Part shown: in pieces, positions 8,925-15,610 of the stretch
How the letters are laid out: each line of letters begins with the position of its first letter
Position numbering within the stretch: position 1 is the stretch's first letter
Assembly (NCBI GenBank): GCA_965249175.1
Contig: OZ252227.1
Location: 6,320,043 to 6,384,042, forward strand
Source of the DNA: Vicinamibacterales bacterium
GTDB taxonomy: Bacteria > Acidobacteriota > Vicinamibacteria > Vicinamibacterales > UBA8438
DNA: 64,000 nucleotides
Reading direction: 5' to 3'
Notes under the pieces: generated by a model
What the model was told of the DNA's origin: nothing
What the model saw: only the letters and a program-made list of their open reading frames with translations
Databases searched by the model: none
Program-made: the position numbers and the translations under genes

Positions 8925-9722
8925 ATGAGTAACCCTTTTGTCCCAGGCGTCGGCGGGATCCTCAGCGCCGATATCGCCGTCCCAGAACACGATCGCGAAC
9001 TGAGCTTCTACTCACGTGTCCTGACCACGGGTGAGAATCCACTTTGGCGGGACGACCTGACGAACAACCGAGGAATGCCGATCATCGGCCTGGGCGCGCG
9101 CAGTGCTGAGTACGAAAAGCTACCGCTGCAATGGATGCCGCACATACAGGTCGCCGATGTCGCAACCAGTGTCGCGCGTGCGCTGGAGCTGGGCGGGGAT
9201 GAGCTTATGCATTCCAAAGACGACGGCGGAAAAAGTCAGTGGGCTGTTCTCCTCGATCCCAATGGGGCGGCGTTCGGGGTCATCCCAGTCGTCTCTGCCG
9301 AGTCCATTTCCCCGGATGAGGGCGGCGCATCGCGCGACGCCGCGGAGCGTGCGGGTTGCATTTCTTGGCTCAACCTGACGGTCTCTGACGCCCTGGCAAC
9401 CCGTGACTTCTATCGACAGGTCGTGGGCTGGTCGGTGCAGAACATCGAGATGGAGGACGCGAAAGAGGCCTACATCGACTACAACATGCGCGGTGATGAT
9501 GGGAACTCGGCGGCGAGAGTCTGTCATGCACGCGGCGCGAACCTGGGCCTGCCGCCGGTCTGGCTGATGTACCTCCCCGTTGGCGATCTCCCCGAAAGTC
9601 TTCGTCGTGTGCGAGAGGGCGGGGGTGAGATCATCAAAGCGACTCAAAAATCAGATGGGACATACGCATCTGCCGTTGTTCAGGACTCGGTGGGTGCGTG
9701 CCTGGCGTTGGTACCGGGATAA
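8925..9722 (+). CDS. VOC (glyoxalase/bleomycin-resistance fold) family protein, two tandem modules; integron cassette
   Basis: 265-aa ORF filling the interval between attC1 and attC2. Two repeats of a VOC-like module (…PHIQVADVATSVARALELGG…LLDPNGAAFGVI; …WLMYLPVGDLPESLRRVREGGG…VVQDSVGACLAL). Confidence 0.6.
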   Translation: MSNPFVPGVGGILSADIAVPEHDRELSFYSRVLTTGENPLWRDDLTNNRGMPIIGLGARSAEYEKLPLQWMPHIQVADVATSVARALELGGDELMHSKDDGGKSQWAVLLDPNGAAFGVIPVVSAESISPDEGGASRDAAERAGCISWLNLTVSDALATRDFYRQVVGWSVQNIEMEDAKEAYIDYNMRGDDGNSAARVCHARGANLGLPPVWLMYLPVGDLPESLRRVREGGGEIIKATQKSDGTYASAVVQDSVGACLALVPG

Positions 9723-9728
9723 GGAAGT

Positions 9729-9801
9729 GCCTAACCACGAATTGCAGCGGACGCCCGCACTGTTTCGCCCCAGCCGGCGCCGCTGAATACTGACGTTATG
9801 T
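9729..9801 (+). other. integron attC site 2 (73 bp)
   Basis: GCCTAAC-cacgaattGCAGCGG...CGCCGCTGaatactgac-GTTATGT. R'' fits RYYYAAC exactly. Begins 7 nt after the cassette stop. Confidence 0.8.
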
Positions 9802-9823
9802 CGACACGCCACAAGAGCCAGGG

Positions 9824-10844
9824 GTGACCATGTTCGAGGACACCTTGAGAGAGCTCGGGAGGTTGGATGGAGTAACTAAGTTCTCCATCGAGCTTGAGCT
9901 CGACGACAAAGGGTGCCTGGACCGATTGTGCCCATCAGCCGCATGTCGGGCACCGTTCAAAGTCAGGTTTGAGGACTGGCGAAATATCGTCCGTGATGAG
10001 GTCGTCTACTGCCCGCTCTGCCGACACGACGACCCGGCCTCAGACTGGAACACGCCTGAGCAGTCCGAGCAGATCAAGGGAGCCGCGCTCGCCCACGTTC
10101 AACGTAGACTGGGCCGGGCTCTGGGGAACGACTCTCGGCGATTCAACGCGAGACAGCCCCGCGGCGGTCTCATCAAGATGAGCATGTCGTACCGGCCTGG
10201 CCGCACCTCCGTGGCCGTTCCGGCGACGGCAACAGACGTGATGACGCAGGAGTTCGACTGCCCGGAGTGCCACTGCCGGTACTCGTCGGTCGGCGCAGCG
10301 TTCTTCTGCCCCTCCTGCGGTCACAACAGCGTTTTGGAAACATTCAAGAATTCCGTCGAGACCGTGCGAAAAACGATGGACGCGCTACCGGGTATCCGGG
10401 AAGCAATCGCCGAAGAAACAGGCGAGAATGTTGCTGAAGATTCGATCCGGCACATCACCGAGAACGGCCTGGTCAAGCTCGTCTCCTCGTTGCAGCGTTA
10501 TGCCGAGGCGCTGTTTTCACTGCCTGCCGAACGCAGCCCAATTCGAGGTTCGCAAGAACTTGTTCCAGAACCTGATGGAATCTGATGCGCTATGGCGTAG
10601 CGCAACCGGCACGGGATATTCGGAGATTCTCGGTGGTGAAGAGCTCAGCGTGCTCCAACGCTACTTTCAGCAGCGGCATCTTCTGTCTCACAAAGAAGGC
10701 ATAGTCGACCAGCTGTACATCGAGCGTTCTGACGATCGAACACTTGATGTAGGGCAACGGCTCCGTGTGTCGTCCGAGCATGTCCGGGAACTCGCGGCGA
10801 TCATTACGAAGCTGTCAACGCGAATGTCGCAACACGTGACATAA
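9824..10844 (+). pseudogene. double zinc-ribbon / HEPN-like (Rx4H) cassette protein, one frameshift near 10520
   Basis: ORFs 9824..10585 and 10428..10844 join as ...LQRYAEALFSLPAE | AQFEVRKNLFQNLMESDALW...YFQQRHLLSHKEG... The N-terminus has CPSAAC..CPLC and CPEC..CPSC. The stop TAA lies inside R'' of attC3. Confidence 0.55.
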
Positions 10845-10896
10845 CCACGCAATGCAGCGGATCGGCTGCGCCGACCGCTGATTGCTGACGTTATAC
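10839..10896 (+). other. integron attC site 3 (58 bp)
   Basis: ACATAAC-cacgcaatGCAGCGG-atcggctgcgccga-CCGCTGattgctgac-GTTATAC. Nearly identical arms to attC1. Confidence 0.8.
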
Positions 10897-10985
10897 GTGC
10901 ACTGCAATAAGTCGAACGAGTTGAAATCGCGCTCCGCAGAAGGGAGTGGACTTTCCGAGAGGATTGGCGTCCAACGTGCTGAACG

Positions 10986-11465
10986 TTGGCGATCCGCGGC
11001 CGAAGGAGAATGACGGACTACGAAGCGTACAGCCTCTGGATCCGACTCTTGGGGGTTATCGCGACGTTCGCTGCTGTGGTGGTGGCAATTTGGGGTGAGC
11101 GGATTCGTCAGAAGCTTGTCAAGCCGAAGCTATCACTCCAGCTTGCGGAGCCCTCTCTGACTACGACGAACGACGGTCGTAAGGGTTGGTACTACCTTCT
11201 CTGCGTCTCGAACGGCCGCCAGTCTTCGCCTGCGTCAAACGTGCGGATTGTCCTGACGCGTCTGTGGCGAGTCGGGCCAGACCGGTCATGGCAGGAACAG
11301 CGCTTCAGTGGGCCGACGCAAGTGACATGGCGGTGGCCAGAACTAATGCCTCTGTACGCAACGGTGGGACCAGAGGCATGTGCGACCTTCGGATACGTGC
11401 TCCAAGGAGACGAAGTATTCTCCCTACGTTTGTACTGGGTTCCGAACAACCTGACCCCAACGTGA
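10986..11465 (+). CDS. hypothetical membrane-anchored protein (cassette without a recognisable attC)
   Basis: 159-aa ORF (TTG at 10986; alternative ATG at 11010). One N-terminal TM segment, LWIRLLGVIATFAAVVVAIWG. No family recognised. Confidence 0.45.
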   Translation: MAIRGRRRMTDYEAYSLWIRLLGVIATFAAVVVAIWGERIRQKLVKPKLSLQLAEPSLTTTNDGRKGWYYLLCVSNGRQSSPASNVRIVLTRLWRVGPDRSWQEQRFSGPTQVTWRWPELMPLYATVGPEACATFGYVLQGDEVFSLRLYWVPNNLTPT

Positions 11466-11606
11466 GCGACCGGGAACATCGGTAACAGAATAGACCGGCA
11501 ACATGGGTAACACCTCGTGGTTGCCGAGAAAGCGCGAGTGCCTGTGGGAGCGGTGGGAAGCCGCGCTCTTTGCGGGTGTCCACGGCTTCCACAGGCCAGT
11601 CGACTG

Positions 11607-12003
11607 TTAGGGTCGGAGGACGTAGTCACGTTCGTCGAGCCGCGCTAAGAGGACCTGACAGAAATAGATCGACCAGACGCCGTCGTCAACGTCCTCGAGT
11701 CCAATCGGGTGGTGCGTCAGGGCCTGGGAGACGAAGAGTAGCCGGTGCTTGAAGCGGATGGTACCCGCCGTGGTCACGCGCTTCACCAGGCAGTGGCCCG
11801 GATAGTCAATCGGGGGCAGCTCGCGGGGAAACGGTCGGGGCGACGGCTGATAGAGGGATCCGGGCGTGCGGCCCTGGAGGGCGTCATGCGGCCGCTCGTC
11901 ATTGAACTCGTCGCGGAAGGCATTGAAGGCTCGTGGCTGCGTCGCGAGCGTGGCCCGGGGCGGTCGAATGGCGCCGGCTTTGAGCGTCTTGTGCATCCGC
12001 ACG
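11607..12003 (-). pseudogene. IS481-like transposase, C-terminal fragment
   Basis: ...RMHKTLKAGAIRPPRATLATQPRAFNAFRDEFNDERPHDALQGRTPGSLY...GTIRFKHRLLFVSQAL... (part of ORF 11607..12110). Confidence 0.7.
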
Positions 12004-13440
12004 GAGATATAACCAGAAGTTGTGGATCGGCAGTCTGAAGAAGGCGGCGTATCCTTTCGCGTGAGCAACGCGAAAACTCCGGCTGGCAGGCCGGTGAAAG
12101 GAGCCGCCACCCATGCTGAAGGTACTCGACAACGATGGAGCAGACAACGAAGTTCCGCCGGAAGAGCGCGGTGCGCAGACGGTGGACGAGCTGGCCCGGG
12201 AGGGAGCCCGGCGGATGTTGATGACGGCCCTGGCGGTGGAGGTCGGGCAGTACATCGAGGCCCACGGCGAGGAGCGGGACGCGCGGGGACGCCGGCTGGT
12301 CGTTCGGAATGGTCGGGCCCAGGCGCGGAAGGTGACGTGCGGGGCAGGTACGCTCGAGGTGCATGCTCCTCGGGTGAACGACAAAAGGGTCAACGGCGCG
12401 GGCCAGCGGGAGCGGTTCACGAGTCGGATCTTGCCCCCCTACATGCGTCGCTCGCCCAAGGTGGCGGAGGTGCTGCCGATCCTCTATCTGCGCGGTCTGT
12501 CGACGGGCGATTTCCGCGAAGCGCTGCCGGTGCTATTGGGGGATGACGCGGCCGGCCTCAGCGCGACCAACATCGCGCGCCTCACGGCGGTGTGGGAAGA
12601 GGACTACCGGCGGTTCCGCCAGCGGGACCTGGCCGATCGTGACTACGTGTACGTGTGGGTCGACGGCATCCATTTCAACATCCGGCTCGAGGACGATCGG
12701 CTCTGTACGCTGGTGATCATCGGCGTACGGCCCGATGGGACCAAGAAGCTCGTGGCCCTGGAGGACGGCTACCGCGAGAGCACCGACAGCTGGGCGACGG
12801 TGCTGCGGGACCTCCAGCGGCGCGGCATGCGGGCCCCGGTGGGGGCGGTCGGCGACGGCGCCCTGGGTTTCTGGGCGGCCGTGCGCGACGTGTGGCCGGA
12901 CACGCGAGAGCTCCGCGACTGGTGTCACAAGATGGGCAACGTGCTCGACAAATTGCCAAAGCGATTACAGCCGAAAGCGAAGCGCGCGCTCCGCGAGATC
13001 ATGTACGCCGAGACGCGGGCACACGCCGAGGAGGCCATGGACGTCTTCATCGCCGAGTACGAGGCCAAGTACCCGAAGGCGGCGGCGTGCCTGGACGCAG
13101 ACCGCGACCGCCTCCTCACGCACTTTGCCCTGCCAGCTGAGCATTGGCAGCACGTGCGCACGAGCAACGTCATCGAGTCGCCATTCGCCACGGTCCGACT
13201 CCGGCAGCGCGTGACCAAAGGCGCGGGCTCGCGCACCAAGGGCCTGTTGATGGCCTACAAGCTGCTCGAGATGGCACAGCAGCGCTGGCGTCGGCTCAAT
13301 GGCGCGCATCTGCTGCCACTCGTCCGCGCCGGCGTGACGTTCATTGACGGGGTACAGCAGGAGCGAAACAACGAGGGAGATCGGAAGGTGGCCGCCTGAT
13401 CACGCTGATGACCGATCCACAACATTTGACAATATCTCAG
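12004..13440 (+). mobile_element. IS256-family insertion sequence, copy A
   Basis: Terminal inverted repeats GAGATATAACCAGAAGTTGTGGATCGG (12004-) and CCGATCCACAACATTTGACAATATCTC (-13438). A 7-nt direct repeat CCGCACG flanks it at 11997-12003 and 13441-13447. The exact right end is uncertain by 2 nt. Confidence 0.85.
12113..13399 (+). CDS. IS256 family (mutator-type) transposase
   Basis: 428 aa. YVWVDGIHFNIRLEDDRLCTLVIIGVRPDGTKKLVAL...VGDGALGFWAAVRDVWP...WCHKMGNVLDKLPK. Confidence 0.9.
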   Translation: MLKVLDNDGADNEVPPEERGAQTVDELAREGARRMLMTALAVEVGQYIEAHGEERDARGRRLVVRNGRAQARKVTCGAGTLEVHAPRVNDKRVNGAGQRERFTSRILPPYMRRSPKVAEVLPILYLRGLSTGDFREALPVLLGDDAAGLSATNIARLTAVWEEDYRRFRQRDLADRDYVYVWVDGIHFNIRLEDDRLCTLVIIGVRPDGTKKLVALEDGYRESTDSWATVLRDLQRRGMRAPVGAVGDGALGFWAAVRDVWPDTRELRDWCHKMGNVLDKLPKRLQPKAKRALREIMYAETRAHAEEAMDVFIAEYEAKYPKAAACLDADRDRLLTHFALPAEHWQHVRTSNVIESPFATVRLRQRVTKGAGSRTKGLLMAYKLLEMAQQRWRRLNGAHLLPLVRAGVTFIDGVQQERNNEGDRKVAA

Positions 13441-13872
13441 CCGCACGTTGAGTCGCGAGAGACCGTGAATCCCGGTCGTGGCGAACGGGACGCCGTTGTC
13501 ACTGCGAATGGCGGTCGGCAGACCGAATTCCCGGAAGATCCGCTCAAAGACGGGCCTGACGCCGGCGCCTTTCGTCGACCGGAGTCCCTGACAGCCGAGC
13601 AGATAGCGGGAGTGGAGGTCGGCGATCGTCAGCGGGTAGCAATAGATGCCGTCGCGCGTCCGAAAATGCCCCTTGAAATCCGTGGTCCACAGGTCGTTGG
13701 GGTGCGTCGTGGTCGCGGGGACCGCCCCGGGATGCCGACACGGCCGGCGCCGGCGCCGCTTCTTGACCAAGCCTTCGCGAGCGAGCAGGTCGCCCGCGGT
13801 ACTCACGGCCGGCCAGCCCACCCGCGGATGCCGCGGCTGAAGCCAGTCGAGCGTCCGTGAACCGGGTCTTCT
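13441..13872 (-). pseudogene. IS481-like transposase, N-terminal/central fragment
   Basis: ...LDWLQPRHPRVGWPAVSTAGDLLAREGLV...NDLWTTDFKGHF...YCYPLTIADLHSRYLL...AIRSDNGVPFATTGIHGLSRLNV, then IS256. The frame opens just after a TGA at 13873-13875. Confidence 0.7.
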
Positions 13873-13945
13873 TCATGGCTCCTCCTCGCCCGGAGGACGC
13901 CATTCTCTCAAGTGTCAGCTGGTCCGAAAAACGGCAGGCAGGTCA

Positions 13946-13979
13946 GGCTGACGCCGGCCGCTGATTGGTAACGTTAGCG
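13946..13979 (+). other. partial attC (loop, L' and R' half only)
   Basis: ggctgacgccggCCGCTGattggtaacGTTAGCG aligns with the right half of attC1. The R''/L'' half is absent next to the IS481-like remnant. Confidence 0.65.
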
Positions 13980-14016
13980 GGATCATCACGAATCACGACC
14001 ACGACGAATCACGACT

Positions 14017-14340
14017 TTGAGTGAGACGCTCGGGCGAATCCAAGCACTTGTGGATCGGGGGGAGTTCCAGGTATCGGTCCACGGCTACGACGAACTTGCG
14101 GACGATCGGATCGCCGTTCGCGACCTCGTTGCCGGATTGGGAAACGCCCAATTGATCGAAGACTATCCCGCGTACGCGAAAGGGCCGTGCTGCCTCGTAT
14201 TACAGCGAGATGGAGCCGGGCAACCGATTCATGTAGTCTGGGGTATCCTCGCGGGTCGAATCTCACCGGCCGTCCTGATCACAGCTTATCGGCCCGATCC
14301 CGAGAGATGGGATGAATCGTGGACGAGGAGGCGAACATGA
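14017..14340 (+). CDS. DUF4258 domain toxin-like protein (cassette)
   Basis: 107 aa with a TTG start. ...VSVHGYDELADDRIAVRDLVAGLGNAQLIEDYPAYAKGPCCLVLQRDGAGQPIHVVWG fits the DUF4258 pattern. Confidence 0.7.
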   Translation: MSETLGRIQALVDRGEFQVSVHGYDELADDRIAVRDLVAGLGNAQLIEDYPAYAKGPCCLVLQRDGAGQPIHVVWGILAGRISPAVLITAYRPDPERWDESWTRRRT

Positions 14341-14555
14341 GCGAGCGATCGACGACGAAGCTCGTGCGCGAGGGCGATTTCGTTGCCGAGGTGCAGGTCC
14401 GCCTAGTCGAAGACGACAGCGACTGGTCGCCATACCTATCCCCCGACGACGCGTTCAAACTGGACGACGTGCGGGACGCCCTCCGAGCGGGCGACCTGAA
14501 ACGGGCCGCACAGCTGGCCGCGCGCCTCTATCGGCTCACGCCGATGGAAGCCTGA
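14337..14555 (+). CDS. putative cognate antitoxin (family not recognised)
   Basis: ATG at 14337 overlaps the DUF4258 stop as ATGA. 72-aa acidic protein, MSERSTTKLVREGDFVAEVQV... The track ORF 14319..14555 has an earlier in-frame start. Confidence 0.5.
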   Translation: MSERSTTKLVREGDFVAEVQVRLVEDDSDWSPYLSPDDAFKLDDVRDALRAGDLKRAAQLAARLYRLTPMEA

Positions 14556-14583
14556 CACCGACTTCGAAGGCGTTCGATCACGC

Positions 14584-14652
14584 CGCTAACCACGGGCTGC
14601 AGCGGACGCCGCCCCGGTGCTCAGCCGGCGCCGCTGAACCCTGACGATATCG
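14584..14652 (+). other. integron attC site 5, with a mutated R' core (GAT instead of GTT)
   Basis: CGCTAAC-cacgggctGCAGCGG-acgccgccccggtgctcagccggcg-CCGCTGaaccctgac-GATATCG. Confidence 0.7.
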
Positions 14653-14834
14653 ACGAGAGTTTGGTGCCGCTGGTGAGAATCGATCGCTTGGCGCCCGAGG
14701 AGATCTGGTCGGACATGGTCCGCGTCCAGAGGGAAGGCGTGTACTCTGCCTCGGTCGCGGGAATCAAGATGCCCGTCCTGATGCTGCATGGCGTCGTTGA
14801 GCGTGCAGCAGGATCACCGCCGCGGTCCGCGTAA
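14652..14834 (+). pseudogene. alpha/beta-hydrolase C-terminal fragment
   Basis: My own translation DESLVPLVRIDRLAPEEIWSDMVRVQREGVYSASVAGIKMPVLMLHGVVERAAGSPPRSA*. The PVLMLHG motif is typical of the region before the catalytic His/Asp. There is no start codon, and it begins at the attC edge. Confidence 0.45.
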
Positions 14835-14878
14835 GACTCGTCGGACCCGCGCGGAGCGCGGCTTGAGAGCCAACGCGA

Positions 14879-15529
14879 TCACGCAGAAAACAAAGACACG
14901 GAGACGCCATCCCACGACGTGTCGGCGACCGTGTCCAGCATGAACACCGCAACATCCAAGCGACTCACGAACGCCTTGCCGGGACGCTCCAGCGAAGTCA
15001 AGGCGCGATACCCGCGCGGTGGTTTGTTGTTCAGAATCGTCGGTCTGACGTTGACGCAGGAGATATCTCGCGCAGCGTGGATGAGCGCTTCCGCCCTCTC
15101 CATGTCCGCGAACAGCTCTTTGCCAACCATCGGCATGCCCACGTACAGGAAGAGGTTGGACCAGAGTCTCCTGCGGCACTGCGACCTGGAGTCTCCCAAT
15201 CCCAAAGACGACATGTGAACGAACCTGGGCTTCGCCGGCTCGGCTCGAATCGCTTCGAGGAGCATCCGCGTTCCAGGCTCCACCACGTAGGCCTTCGCGC
15301 CTTTTGATGTTCCCAAGCACGACACAACCATGTCGACGCTCTGGACCAGCTCAGTCACCGCACCCAGGTCGGTGACGCTGCCGCGCACGACAAGGACATT
15401 GGTCGTCGTTGCCAGTCCTGCTGGGTTGCGCGCCAGCGCCCGCACCCCATAGCCTCGCTCCAATGCGCCTTTGAGCACGTACTTGCCGGTTCGACCCGTC
15501 GCTCCAACGATCGCTATTGTTGGCGCCAT
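14879..15529 (-). CDS. NAD(P)-binding (NmrA / flavin reductase-like atypical SDR) protein
   Basis: 216 aa. Rossmann motif IAIVGATGRTGKYVLKGALERGYGVRALARN. Confidence 0.8.
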   Translation of the reverse strand: MAPTIAIVGATGRTGKYVLKGALERGYGVRALARNPAGLATTTNVLVVRGSVTDLGAVTELVQSVDMVVSCLGTSKGAKAYVVEPGTRMLLEAIRAEPAKPRFVHMSSLGLGDSRSQCRRRLWSNLFLYVGMPMVGKELFADMERAEALIHAARDISCVNVRPTILNNKPPRGYRALTSLERPGKAFVSRLDVAVFMLDTVADTSWDGVSVSLFSA

Positions 15530-15610
15530 TGGGATTCAGAAACGCAGGGCGTATGGTAAGGAGTTGGGATCGATCTGTCGATCCCGCTTTCCCGACGCTT
15601 CGGCAGCCTG

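Larger units (their letters stand above)
11605..13875 (-). mobile_element. IS481-like element remnant (5'-truncated), itself split by IS256
   Basis: rve-type transposase fragments on the minus strand on either side of the IS256. The low-coordinate end begins TGT at 11605 and overlaps the transposase stop. The N-terminal HTH region and the other terminus are missing. Confidence 0.6.
4313..14652. mobile_element. degenerate chromosomal integron: intI pseudogene, attI region and plus-strand cassette array with five attC sites, invaded by IS elements
   Basis: IntI-specific sequence on the minus strand. Divergent array of ORFs, each followed by an R''-L''...L'-R' site of one sequence family (8775, 9729, 10839, 13946 partial, 14584). 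Confidence 0.8.

Noticed and set aside
11503-11612. Possible ~110-bp attC (GGGTAAC ... GTTAGGG) after the orphan cassette
   Set aside because: The arms pair poorly and it lacks the GCAGCGG/CCGCTG boxes shared by all other attC sites here. The GTTAGGG also coincides with the IS481-like terminus (TGT) and the transposase stop codon.
13914-13935. TGTCAGCTGGTCCG as the missing terminal inverted repeat of the IS481-like element
   Set aside because: The orientation is wrong. At the high-coordinate end the plus strand should end in ...ACA, and the sequence does not match the reverse complement of the 11605 terminus. The element is better explained as 5'-truncated.
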